The notes beneath the pieces were generated by a model. The model was not told the DNA's origin, made no database searches, and saw only the letters and a program-made list of their open reading frames with translations. Position numbers and translations under genes: made by a program. 64,000 bases of DNA from Eledone cirrhosa (lineage: Eukaryota): the NCBI GenBank assembly GCA_964016885.1, contig OZ024742.1, positions 269,886,001 through 269,950,000 of the forward strand, written 5' to 3'. Shown in pieces: positions 28,483-41,329 of the stretch (position 1 is the first letter of the stretch; each line of letters opens with the position of its first letter).

Positions 28483-28518
<36 letters not shown>

Positions 28519-28522
<4 letters not shown>

Positions 28523-29020
28523 TTAAAACAATGAAATAAAAATTCAAGTTATTGGAAATATACTTCACTGCTTTACGATCGTTTCTAGGTGATAATAATA
28601 CATCGTATGCATATTTCGTTATCGATCTATGTAGGGTTAGTTACACAATATCAAATAAGGAATATATTTACCTACATGTATACCATCACCCGTTGTCAAA
28701 AGCAATGTATACATTTTCATTGCTTTTGACTAAGTCTGATGATATGCATGTAGGTAAATATATCCCTTATTTGATATTTTGTAACTAACCCTACATAGAT
28801 CGATAACGAAATATGCATACGAGTATTATTATCACCTAGAAACGATCGGAAAGCAGTGAAATATATTTCTAATGACTTGAATTTTTATTTTATTGTTTTA
28901 ACTTATATCATGACTCTGTATTCCTTTTGATGTTTTATTGTTTTCCGGGATTTATTTTAACCTACAACATGTTCAACATATGGATTACATTGAGTTCTTC
29001 ATGCAGACTAGACCCCACAA
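28519..29020. mobile_element. Fold-back element: arms 28519-28707 / 28718-28905 plus tail; degenerate long-stem-II HHR at 28733-28823
   Basis: CTGATGA at 28736, ATGTAGG/CCTACAT stem, GAAA-TATGCA-TA at 28808; stem I imperfect. Confidence 0.75.
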
Positions 29021-29604
29021 CTAACCGTGGATATTTCTCTCTGTGTGTATATATATAAATATATATACATCGTATTTGAATTTGTTTTGTTAATTGCTTT
29101 TTGTGTATGTCTGCATGTTTTCAGTTTCTCCTTAATTACCAGTTTTGATGTTACTATCCCACTCATATTTTTGTTTAATTTTGGTTGGAGTTCGCTTAAG
29201 TTTGTCGCCTGTGTGAGTTGTCTGAGTCTGGCATCTCTTCTGCGTGGATATCATTTTCAGCTCTTCGTTCTCTTATGTGCCCCTATGTTCTTTTTTGGCA
29301 TGTTGGTGGAGTACTAATGATTTTTCCCATCCTGGATTTCTGGTCAGTTTTCACTTAGTCTTTCTCCTGAGCTACGGGCTGTTTCACCTATGTATGTTAT
29401 GTTTTTATTGCTACACTGTCCCTCAGTACATATTATGGTATATACTGCAAAGCATACAACCAGCCGGAAATTTATAATAACCTGAAGAACCAGCAGGAGC
29501 GCGTGTTTTTATTGCCAGTTTTACCATCCTAAATTATAACAATATATACATATATATATATAAGTGTGTGTATGTGTGTCTGTGTGTATATATACATACA
29601 CACC

Positions 29605-29686
<82 letters not shown>

Positions 29687-29856
29687 AAAATAAGATGCTG
29701 AGTTTACATAAATCGTTTAATCATTATAATTATTTCCAGGTTCTCCATGCATCTTATTTTGTTATTTTTATAAAAATCTCCATAGTAACTAAAAACTGCG
29801 ATTGTTAGGAGCTTTCTCCTGCTTTTTCCTGTTTTTGGCAAAACAATCATTTCAGA

Positions 29857-29960
<104 letters not shown>

Positions 29961-30260
29961 GTATATGCATGTGTGTGTGTGATGTGTGTGGTATGTGTGT
30001 ACTTATAGTATTTGTTCCACAACAAATTATCAAATACACTCAATGATGCGCGCTTCATAGAGTGGGTTTTTTAGCCGGGTATGGCTGATGTGAGAGACAA
30101 CTCATATCATCATTTTGTCCTTTAGAGTGCGTGGTCTCTGATTACTTTGGATATGAACTCCCGGTCTTTTATCATTATATACACACACACTCACACACAC
30201 ACACACATATATAAGACATTTAAAGATTGTCAACACATATATATATATATATGTATGTAT

Positions 30261-30303
<43 letters not shown>

Positions 30304-30343
30304 ATGAAATATAAGAATCAAAGAACTGTTCAAAACATTATTG

Positions 30344-30390
30344 TGCTTACAGCTGTTTCCTCCAAACCGAGGTTTGGATTCTTCGGAGCA
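30344..30390 (-). ncRNA. Minimal HHR (CCGAAGA core), inverted-arm copy
   Basis: Reverse complement of 33735-33781. Confidence 0.8.
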
Positions 30391-31034
30391 ATTTATTAAT
30401 GCATGGACAGTTATATGACCTCCTTTTCAGCCGAGAGACATACCAATACATATTCAAACATTGATACATATTCAAACATTGTGGGTCAACATTCATTACA
30501 AAATTTAGAGTGGCAGTACACACTTCGAGATTACATTTATATTAATAGGTACAATCAAAAATCAAAGATATAGGTTAAAGTACAACATGAAGATAAGTGG
30601 TTATATAGTGCAAATGTTATATGTGTGGCACGCATGTGCGTCTTGTTTATATAGTGTGGCAGAGAGATATGTGTGGTAGAGGCACTTAGGTAGGTAAATA
30701 AGAGTGTTAGGTTGGTAGATCTGGTGGCAAAGTCTTTATATGATTGATGTAGTCTGTGTGTGGAGAAATATTATAAGCATTAAAGATAGTGCAAGCATTA
30801 AAAGTGTTATAAGTATTGGAGATGCACAACGCAGGGATGTCAAGTAATTCATGTACTTCGGCATTTTCATGGTCAAGGGAGTGTATATTTCGATTATATG
30901 CCTTTCACATAATCCACGACAATCCAGTTAGAGATCGTAGTCTGGTGTTCTTTAGTTCGATACAGGGGGTTGTTACGTTTCGAGAGACGCCATTGAATAC
31001 CGGAAGTGTGTGTGTGGCTAAGGGGAGTTAATGC

Positions 31035-32291
31035 ATGCGGGGAGGTAACTCTGGGGTTTCTATATCTCTCCATAAGCCTAATGAGAAACTTATTTACGTA
31101 GATACCAAGTCTAATCACCCTAGATCAATATTAAACTCTATCTCTAAGGGGGTGTCCAATAGAATCTCTAGTCTGTCCTATGACGCAAACATATTTAGCA
31201 AAAACTCACAATATTACAATCAAGCATTAGCTAGCTCCGGCCATAATATAGAAATAGAGTTCCTACCTAAGAAAACACATAGCTACAACATCATCTCGCA
31301 CAACATGTCCATGAGGAAATCTAATAATAGGAATAGCAACCACAAGTACACCAAAGCGGAGGGTGCCACCGGAAGTAACCATTACCATGGAAACTACTGT
31401 GAGGCCTTAGGAGGAAGCAACACACCAAACACTAAAAGCAAAAATAGAAGAAGAAATAATACATTTTTCAACCCTCCTTTCAACCTAAATGTCTCCACCA
31501 ACATACCTAGGGCTTTCTTCTCACTACTAGATAAAAACTTCCCTCTAGGACACAAGTACCACAACCTCTTAAACAAAAACACCATTAAAATCTCATACTC
31601 TACGACGCCTAACTTAGCATACCACATAGCTAGCAGCAATAATAGTAAAATTAGTTCTTACTTCCAACAAACAAAATCACAACGGGATGCAAACCCGCTA
31701 AATACCACTGTAGCAAGCAACAATAGCAACGGCAGTAACAATAGAAATAACACTAGTATAAGTAATAACACCAGGGTTGTCAACCTGAACACCCAAAATC
31801 CTATATCCACCACACAGACTTCCGCATTGCATTATAACCAGCGGACTAACGCACAGAATAATTGTAACTGTAGAGCTAATAGAACCTGCCCTTTAGATAA
31901 AAAATGCCTAACCAAGGATGTCATATACTCATGCACAGTCACGACTAATAACTCTTCAGAAACCTATGTAGGCTCCACTTCTAACTGCTTCAAAATTAGA
32001 TATAACTCGCACATCCACTCGTTCAAAAAGCACAGCCTAGCCAACTCCACCTCACTTTCTAGCTACATACACTATCTAAAATCTAAAAATAAACCATACA
32101 CACTCAAATGGGAAGTGATAGGCAGCGCGACCTCGTACAAACCACCTAATAAATTCTGTAACCTCTGCATACTAGAGACACACAATATTATCTTCTCCAA
32201 CCGTAACCTACTTAACAAAAAATCTGAGGTGTTTGCAACTTGCCAGCACCGCCTCAGACATTCCTTCCAAAACTTTAAGCCCTATATATAG
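31035..32291 (+). CDS. PLE ORF C-terminal part: RT thumb, Asn-rich linker, Cys linker and GIY-YIG endonuclease (the first Met comes from the inverted pLTR)
   Basis: YVDTKSNHP, FNPPFNLNVSTN, CNCRANRTCPLDKKCL, VIYSC..TYVGST..FKIRYNSH, CNLC..E..LLNKKSE..CQHR. Confidence 0.9.
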   Translation: MRGGNSGVSISLHKPNEKLIYVDTKSNHPRSILNSISKGVSNRISSLSYDANIFSKNSQYYNQALASSGHNIEIEFLPKKTHSYNIISHNMSMRKSNNRNSNHKYTKAEGATGSNHYHGNYCEALGGSNTPNTKSKNRRRNNTFFNPPFNLNVSTNIPRAFFSLLDKNFPLGHKYHNLLNKNTIKISYSTTPNLAYHIASSNNSKISSYFQQTKSQRDANPLNTTVASNNSNGSNNRNNTSISNNTRVVNLNTQNPISTTQTSALHYNQRTNAQNNCNCRANRTCPLDKKCLTKDVIYSCTVTTNNSSETYVGSTSNCFKIRYNSHIHSFKKHSLANSTSLSSYIHYLKSKNKPYTLKWEVIGSATSYKPPNKFCNLCILETHNIIFSNRNLLNKKSEVFATCQHRLRHSFQNFKPYI

Positions 32292-33734
32292 CAATGTCGG
32301 ACTGGAACCTAACACCACATCTAGCATCAAACACCAGAGACACACCCTATACTACATACCCAACACTAGCTGATCCATTATAACACAAACAACGACATCC
32401 CTCTGGAACCCTTCGCAGGGATAATACCCATTTATACCTCTACGGCAGGTGTGACAACATCCACCCACCTGGACGGCACTACACCGCTCTAAGGGTAATT
32501 TGAGCATGAATTGATCGGCTGGATGGTGTTGGGCAGAGGAAACACCTTCCTTAGACAGATGTAAAATGATTTAATCGAGTAGCGCTGTTGACCAGTAGGA
32601 CCGGGCTGCTGAGCGCAGTGAGTGAATGCAATGCAACTGCCGTGCGGGTTGTACGTATATGGATGATCTGACGGTCAGAGAGGGGTCGCGAGGACTGCGG
32701 ATTGACCTTTGGCCTGCCTGGGGACGATTATCTTTCGACATCCAATGTAGCAAGCGATGACCCAGATCTTACCAGAGATCATTGGGTCCTGAAGCAATCC
32801 TGCAATCACCGCGCCTGGTCATATGAACAGACTACAACCACAGAGATAATTAATTTAGAATCCTCGCTCATCATCTATAATTTCCATTTGTAGCACCTTA
32901 AGATGGGTTAATCCACCTTAATAATAATATGATCACCTTCAGCATAATTTAGTTAAACTACTCTATAGTTAGTACACTTTATGCTTTAAAAGTCTCTCTT
33001 GGAAGGTGCACCTCACCATAGAATTTAGGGTCCATATTGGGACACATTTTATTGGCTAGATATAGAAACCCCAGAGTTACCTCCCCGCATGCATTAACTC
33101 CCCTTAGCCACACACACACTTCCGGTATTCAATGGCGTCTCTCGAAACGTAACAACCCCCTGTATCGAACTAAAGAACACCAGACTACGATCTCTAACTG
33201 GATTGTCGTGGATTATGTGAAAGGCATATAATCGAAATATACACTCCCTTGACCATGAAAATGCCGAAGTACATGAATTACTTGACATCCCTGCGTTGTG
33301 CATCTCCAATACTTATAACACTTTTAATGCTTGCACTATCTTTAATGCTTATAATATTTCTCCACACACAGACTACATCAATCATATAAAGACTTTGCCA
33401 CCAGATCTACCAACCTAACACTCTTATTTACCTACCTAAGTGCCTCTACCACACATATCTCTCTGCCACACTATATAAACAAGACGCACATGCGTGCCAC
33501 ACATATAACATTTGCACTATATAACCACTTATCTTCATGTTGTACTTTAACCTATATCTTTGATTTTTGATTGTACCTATTAATATAAATGTAATCTCGA
33601 AGTGTGTACTGCCACTCTAAATTTTGTAATGAATGTTGACCCACAATGTTTGAATATGTATCAATGTTTGAATATGTATTGGTATGTCTCTCGGCTGAAA
33701 AGGAGGTCATATAACTGTCCATGCATTAATAAAT

Positions 33735-33781
33735 TGCTCCGAAGAATCCAAACCTCGGTTTGGAGGAAACAGCTGTAAGCA
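33735..33781 (+). ncRNA. Minimal HHR with CCGAAGA (C4) core and palindromic CAGCTG
   Basis: TGCT-CCGAAGA-a TCCAAAC ctcg GTTTGGA g-GAAA-CAGCTG-TA-AGCA. Confidence 0.8.
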
Positions 33782-34049
33782 CAATAATGTTTTGAACAGT
33801 TCTTTGATTCTTATATTTCATATAACTGCTCTGTAAATCATCTGATGTTTTTACATTGAGCTACTTAACTTACTGGTAATAAGGTAGTAATACATTACTG
33901 CCTACCACTATTTAGGGTGTGTGTAAAATACTTACAACTGCTTAAGGTTTTGTGTTTACATAACCATAAATAGTATAACTAATACTATATATATATATAT
34001 ATTTATATATATATACATATATATTTATATATATATATATATGTATATT

Positions 34050-34142
<93 letters not shown>

Positions 34143-34175
34143 TTATATATATATATTTATATATATATATATGTA

Positions 34176-34230
<55 letters not shown>

Positions 34231-34856
34231 TTAAAACCAACCCCGGGAGTTTATATATATATATGGTTATATGCATACAAATATTTATAGACAGGCTGCC
34301 AATTCAGAGAGAACATAAGATTTAACTTATTCCACGATTGAATATCGATTTTGCCCTTCGGTGTTTTAGAATTCGTCTCTCAAAATATCAGTCAATTTCC
34401 TTGTCTTTTATTTCGTTCAATTCTTTTGTATTTCGAGATCAATATATTTCAATTTGGTTCTTAAGCGTACCTCCTCATTTAAATTTGACCTGTCGTAATG
34501 CAATGCCCATTACCAGTTATCCATTCCAATGTTTTCACGTTGTATACAATTTGCTGATAATTACAAACTGTTAAATCGATAAAATGTTTCAATTTGATTA
34601 ACGGCCTTTTATCTCTATATATGTGCGCATATGTGCTGTGTGAATGATTGTGTTTCATTTCAATCTAATGGGGTCGTCGGTTGGGTAATTTGTAATGGTT
34701 GATGAATTTAAATAAAAAAGACGCGTGGTATTCAATTAGACTTAAATATTTTACAAATTTGAGGAAAAAATATACGCACATGACTAATTATATTTGCAAA
34801 GTTTGATCCAAATCATCGCAAAACGCACGCACACACATACCTGTGTCCAGGCGTCT

Positions 34857-34908
<52 letters not shown>

Positions 34909-36129
34909 GCGAGGGAAGATCTCTGTAACTACTGATGTACAGAAATCTAAGTGTTCGGATCTAATATAAGTACCAAGGGAAAATTGTACATATAGTAGCA
35001 ATCAAAACACAAAATGACTCCGTCACTGTAATTAAATCTACCTAAATTGTAGTAGATTAATAGAACCGACTGAATTATGTGTGAGTGCTATTGCAAATTT
35101 TCTTTGCGTTAGGGACAAATGAGAGAGAGATGTTGTTATCTAGGAATGCGAGAGTAAAAGGAGGAAGGAGAGAGAAAGTGGAGAAATACGAAAATGGGAG
35201 CTAAGCATGATTAAAGATGGATAAATTCGGATAAGGTTATTGAACGCTTTTGAGAGAAACGGAAAGACATAATGAGAAGGAAAAAAGAAAGGGACGGATA
35301 GTGAGCTAAAGAGGAATAAATATGAGTAAATTATAAAAAAGATGTCGAACCCGGGTGAAAGAAGGCGAGGAAATTGGAGGAAGAAAGATAGTGCAAAAGT
35401 GGACAGAAGGCGTGTGAGAAAGGTGATTATTTGAGAGATATAAGATGGGTAAAGAAGGATTAAGTGGGCGGAAATGATTGAAAGAAAGAGAAAGATGCGG
35501 AATGAAAGAGAATAGTAGGAGAGGCAAACGAATTGAATCGAAGGACCTACAAAGTGAACTTCACTCAATGAACTACGGAAGGCGGAAAATAGGTAAAATT
35601 GGATAAATTTACAAAAAAAAAAAAAAAAAAGGATTTAGTGAGGCAAATAAGATCAAAAGACAAGAAAAGGGACAAGAATGGGAGAGAACAAGGTAAAAGA
35701 GCGGAAGTAGGGGAAAGTGAGCTAAAGACTAATACAGAGGAATATAAAAGCTGAAAGAGCGCACAATCAAACGAAAGAAAGCCTAAAGACAGCCTAAACT
35801 AAAATCAAACGAAAGAAAGCCTAAAGAAGGGAGATAGGGGGAATACGTGAAAGGAAGGGAAGTTGAGTTATGTAAGCTAAAGAGGGGTGAATCTGTTAAA
35901 AGTTTGTTTAATTAGATATTGGGTGAAGGATGTTGAGAAACACGGAAAGAAGTGGTATGTGGGTAGAGGAGGTAAGGATGGAGAAGTAAAAGAAGTGATA
36001 AAGCGAAGAAATAGGGGGCACTGAGGTTAAAACTGGGACAATTATGGGCAGAGAATATTTAAGTTTAAAATTTGGGTGCAAAAATTGAGACAAGCGAGGG
36101 AGTTAGTATTCTCGGCAGAGCTCTTCTTC

Positions 36130-37130
36130 TAGAGTCTGAGACGCAGTTGGCGGATAGCGATATGTTAAACAGATGTAACGGTTAGTTGCGATGTAGGCGG
36201 GCTCCTGTCGGACGAATACACAACCCCGGACCAACAGTAGTAAGCTACTAGGGGCGATGGAGGTATGGGTGATATTGTAAGCTCCCTAGAAAACCTAATG
36301 GCGTAGTTATGACGAAGCGAGTTATTGCTTAGTCTTTGTGTGTCCAGAACGGAGTAAATCTTAGCAATTGGTAACTGGAATATTACCACCATTACAGGTA
36401 AGGAACAGAAACTAGTAGAAGAAGCCAGATGCTAGATATTGTTTGGTTTTCCCCAACAAAGTTCCGAGGTTCTAGTACTTTAGAATTGAATGGAGCATGG
36501 AGACTACACTTTTCAAGTATGGTGTCAGAAATGCCTGCACAGGTGAAAGTGTGGAGACTCACAAAGTTGGCGAAGGATGTTGAAACTGGGGAAATAGATG
36601 ATGAGAGTGTAGAAGAGAGGGACTAACCCTAACCCTGCAGTCGGAAAGTGTTATGGACTTGTCCCCAAAGGGAGGTAGCATGTGTCACATGAAACTTTGG
36701 CTAAACGAAATTTCTCTGTGTGCTGCATGTTTATGTCCCAAACAGAATTTAAGGATACAGATGCGCCAAACAGAGAGTTTTTGAGGATACAACTGCAGGG
36801 TTAGTGGTATCAAGGACTAGGTCATATCTGCTAATTCGAAACATCAATGCACAATTTGGTAGAGACCTTTCGCCTTATTGGACCTGAGTTTCAGTAATGA
36901 ACTCTTTATTATAAACACTTTCTTCCAACATAAGATTATCCATAAATACACATGGTACATGTGAAATTTGATACACAGATTAATTATTTGTATTGTTAGT
37001 GTCTCTGATCTCTTCGATATTTTGGATGTTCGGATGAAATTCGTCTGTGGAAAGACTTAAATAGAGAAAATATTATCTGTTGTCTCATTGTGTGCTGAGT
37101 GGCCTGGATTTCTGGAAAGGCACCTAATCA
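36130..37130 (+). mobile_element. Degraded RTE-like LINE 5' part (AP endonuclease)
   Basis: AIGNWNITTITGKEQKLVEEA, LDIV, VYVPN, INAQFG, NTFFQHK..HKYTWY, LIIC..VS segments. Confidence 0.7.
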
Positions 37131-38809
37131 AACAAAAAAAAAAATGAAAGAAAGTGAGCTGCTCTGTCAAATATGTGTAAAGAGAGTTACTTTAAGAAAG
37201 ATGGACAGGGGATTTAAAGGGGAAGAAATAAGTGGAAGACCAGCAATATTTGGAAGCAGGGGAATGGGTGGAATGTGAACCAAATTGTGTAAATGAAGAT
37301 AATGTAGAATAAAATTGAGTGAAGGAAAACGAATATGAAAGAAGGCCAAACTCGCGGAAAATTCCAAAAAATTGTGATGGGAGAGAAACGTCGAGGCGGA
37401 AAGAAGAATTAATGAGGTGAAATGTTGAATAAAAGGTGATAAAGGTGGTGAAATAGATTAAGAAGGAGATAGGAGAAAATTGATGAGAGAAGAGAATTGT
37501 GGAAGGGGGAGCAAGGGAAAGTATCTGTGCTAAATAGGAGTTTATGTGTTAAAGATCGCTGATCAGCAACAAAGTTGGCGAAGGATGTTGAAAGTGGGGA
37601 AAGAGGTGATGAGAATGTAGAAGAGAGGGAGTAAAGCATACGATATTGAAGGCGAGGTGTTTAAATAAGCAAAATACATGAATGACGGAGAAAGATTTGA
37701 GATGTAGCAGCAATGTGAAAAGGATAAAAAGGTGGTAGAAGTTGAGGAACGGAAGAAATATGAATTAAATATGTGTAAAATCGGATAAAAAGAGTAATAG
37801 AGACTAAAGTGTTTAAAGTAGTCGAAACAGTAGTTATGTAAGGAAGGGGAGGGTGAGTAAATTCGGATAAGAATGTTGACTGACGTCGTAGTTTCCAAAT
37901 GAAGGTAGGGGTTGGGGAAAATTAAGACGGAGGGGGGAAAATAAAGGAAGTATTTGAAGGGGAGGAACCTCAGGTAAAGGGGATTGAAGGCAGGTAGAAT
38001 GGGGTCAAACAGTCGGAAAATGACGAAAGAGGGAAAAATAATATGAAGAGATGAGGAATGACGGAACAGAGAGAAAGGGAGCGAAAGAGGCAGAAAAAGA
38101 AACGATAGAAAAGAAGTGAAGAGAAGTAGGGACAGGAATGTGAGTTTACAGGGGACAACGTGGGATAAAGATGTTGGAAGGAAACGATGAAACAATGAGA
38201 ACATTCGGAAAGAATGTGACGGGGGAGTAGGTTAGGAAGAATATGACGGGCGAGTCGGGGAGAATAGTGAGGTAAAGAGAAGTGAGTTGAGGAGAAATTC
38301 ATAAAATGGACAAAAAGATGGTGAAAGAAGTCGAACAACTCGGAAAATTGATAAAGAAAGATGATAAGGGAATAGAAAGGTGAGATGAAGTGTGTGAGGG
38401 CAGAAAGGATCGGAAAATGAAGTAAAGTCGAGTTAAAATTGAATAAAGGAGTTTAGTGTGGGAGAAAATAAATATATGCGGTTAAGAGGAAAGAATGAAA
38501 AGGGTAAAAGAGGAGAAAATTAGGATAAAGAATGGTAAAGATGGGTTAAGTGAGATGCTAACTGCGAACGAATGGGGAAGAATGGGGGAACTGAGGGTAA
38601 AATATGTCGGAATGGGTGAATGGGAAAAATTACTTGTATAGAAGAAAAGTTGGCAAAATTGGAATAAAGATTTGAAAAGCGGATGAAGGAGTTTGAAAAA
38701 CTCTAATGGATTCCGAAACTCAATTTTCTCTACTTCCTACCCTTCTCCCTTTCCCCCACATTTTCCCTTCTTTTACCGATATTTGTCCCTCTTTAAAGAG
38801 AGATCATTT

Positions 38810-38956
38810 TTTCTACTTTTGGCACAAGGCCATCAATTACCCAGTACATTACTGGTACTTTATGTTATCGACCCCTCGGTGGGATTTGAACTCAGACCGC
38901 AAAGGGACGTAACTGTGCTGAAAAGCATGGGGTCCGACCCTCTACCGATACTGCCA
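38810..38956 (-). mobile_element. SINE family A (internal deletion)
   Basis: Matches the family A ends. Confidence 0.85.
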
Positions 38957-40878
38957 AGAGATAATGATGGTTGAACTAGGATAAACGTTTCGAAAGTTGG
39001 TGTAAAAGGGCGAGGAAGGCGGTAAGCTAGAGAAAGTCGCGCTGACTGGGAATAAGTGAGGGAACAAAAGTTAGCTAAAATGGGGTTAAATGATTCAACT
39101 AGGGTAATGCTGTCAATAGTGGGCGAAAGAAATCACAAAATCTGGAAAGAGAGAAAAGGAAGTGAAAGAGGTGGAAAGTGAAAAAAATGCGCGAGATTCG
39201 AGGTATAAAAAAGGAAGAAAAATTAGCTAAAGTGGGGATGAATGAGGGGGGGGGGGATGAATAGAAGGCTAGAAGTTAGATAGAGATGACGAAATGGACT
39301 GAATAAGGGGGAAAATGAAAGGGTAGAAGAGGTGGGAGAATATGAAGAATGAGTGCAAATTGAAAAAAAGTGGGATAAATTAAGATGAAAAAGCTTAAAT
39401 GTAGCTGAAACAGGAGGAAAAACTTCGAAAAATGAATAAAGTCGTAAAAAACATTTTTGAAAGATGGTGAGAGATGCTGAGAGATGGATAAATAGTGCGG
39501 GAAAACGGGAGAAATGAGGGTAAAAGTGATGTAGAGATGGAAAGGGAGAAAAGTAGCTAAAAAAAGTATATCTAAGTGTGGAGTGAGATAAAGATGTCGA
39601 AAATTTGCGAAATCAGGCGGATGAAAAAGAAAGGCGGAGAAAATGGGGAAGGTAAATGCGTCGTTTCCTATATAACTGAGACTTCATGTTTCTATCGGCT
39701 AAATATGGCTTTGTGTTTACCTTGTGTCTCTTCAAGTCCACTTCCTAAATATTCAGTAAACAGATACCGATACAAGAATGAAAATATCAATGGGATTTTT
39801 ATGATTGACTAAACACTCCGGACTAATAGTCGAGCAAAACACCTTGTATTGGCCGAAACCATAGCAGTTTGTATAAACTAATATCCTGATTTTGGTTCAA
39901 TTCACCTTCCTCCACTTTTTTTTATCAGCATCACTATCATCATCACCTTTATTATCACAATTAACATAATCAGATTAGCCATAAGCATTGCCATCTTCAA
40001 CAACACGGACATTAACCATACCATGAACATAATGGTCATGATCTAGTCATCAAATATATCATCATTAAATATCCTCATCGTCATTGTTACTATCCATATT
40101 GACAATGCCAGTGTCAGCATCAATACACTCATAATAACCAGCATTACGATTATCATCATCATGAGTACCATCATCTTAATGTGACGCAAGCTGTGACAAG
40201 TTTAAATTAGTTATTGACTTTAGATAGGGTTGATTTGAATCGTTACTGTTTGTAATGTACCACCTTTATTTTACTTTAAGAATATATACATTCCTACACC
40301 ACATTAGACTCTCTCATTCAACTAATATACAATAGCCTTCTCATCTCATAGTCCACTCTTTTTCATCAAATAATTTAATATGGTTATCTTTGTATTTCAT
40401 ATAGCCTTTGTGAGTTTCATTCTATTATTAATTTCTGAATTTCATTAACAATAAGAATACATAGATTAAAGCGACCGGAATACTCTAGTAATATTGGAAA
40501 TTCAAATGATTTAATTAAAACGACAGCAGTAGAGAAAAATGATCGTTTATTGAAAATACATGATTTTAAGGAGTTTAAGTGGAATATGGTGAAAAAATGC
40601 GATAAATTCTATTTCACAGCAGAAAAAAATTATTCATAAATTTGGTTGAAGAAGCAAGTAGTAAAAACTACAAGTTTATCAACAATAACAACAACATTTG
40701 TAGCAGCAGTGGCAGCAGCAACAAATAATACAATAACAAGAATAAAATGAAAATGTTCAGCCAACAGCAGGAAAGGGAAAGAAAACAATCATAGCATATG
40801 ACGAGTTGAAAACGTTTTTGGCTATAGCTTGCTTTTCTTGACAGTTCTTTAGTAATAATATTAATTAAAATATTTCAG

Positions 40879-40909
40879 GTCTGAATGGAGTGTACTTAAG
40901 GAAACATCG
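40879..40909 (+). other. Possible 31-nt micro-exon of an unidentified host gene
   Basis: TTTCAG|G acceptor and CG|GTAAG donor; two frames open; no partner exon identified. Confidence 0.2.
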
Positions 40910-41329
40910 GTAAGCGGATTACTGTCACGTATATATGGCCATTCACATAAAATACTACGTGTAATCGTTTTAAACGCACACACACACACACATACACACA
41001 CACACACATATGTACATATGTGTGTGTGTGTGCGTATATATATACATATATATATTTAAAAGATTGTGTGTGTGGAGGGAGGGCGTATTCTCATTATCAT
41101 TTACCCATTGCCCCCACTCAGACGTTAAATACTGACAGTGTTTATCTAACTTGTACTGTCCTCATCCATCACTATCTAATTAACTGCGGGCGTACCCCGA
41201 CCACATTAGTAACTTACTAAAATACTATACGCCAACTACGTATTCCGTTACCTAGACTATATGTAGGGGTGATATTTTTATATGTAGAGGTAATATTTTT
41301 ATATGTAGGGTTGATATTTTTGTCAACCA

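Larger units (their letters stand above)
28085..28489. mobile_element. Fold-back HHR element: arms 28172-28325 / 28336-28489 plus tail 28085-28171
   Basis: Palindrome read directly; (TA)n flanks. Confidence 0.9.
30301..33985 (+). mobile_element. Young 5'-truncated PLE with inverted pLTR (30301-31067 vs 33058-33824) and 3' tail to about 33985
   Basis: About 767-bp apparently identical inverted arms; intact ORF; (TA)n flanks. Confidence 0.95.
35130..39660 (+). repeat. About 4.5-kb purine-rich (G/A) low-complexity domain
   Basis: Plus strand overwhelmingly A/G; minus-strand ORFs are F/L/S/P-rich artefacts. Confidence 0.85.

Noticed and set aside
29479-29507. AAC-CTGAAGA-ACC..GG..CGCG-T-GTT possible decayed HHR
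   Set aside because: GAAA is missing; too degenerate to call
32660-32710. TCCTCGC (HDV L3-like) on the minus strand
   Set aside because: No P3 or P1 pairing partners found
32445-32770. Faint resemblance to 7SK RNA (TGATCGGCTGG, CGAGTAGC, ACATCCAATG)
   Set aside because: No paired GAUC motifs in a 5' stem, no oligo-U terminator, and only short matches; an Rfam search would settle it
32755-32795. SECIS- or C/D-box-like hairpin downstream of the PLE ORF
   Set aside because: No apical AA, GA quartet geometry does not fit, and the ORF has no in-frame TGA
35140-38338. Hydrophobic F/L/S-rich minus-strand ORFs resembling membrane proteins
   Set aside because: Artefact of the purine-rich strand bias
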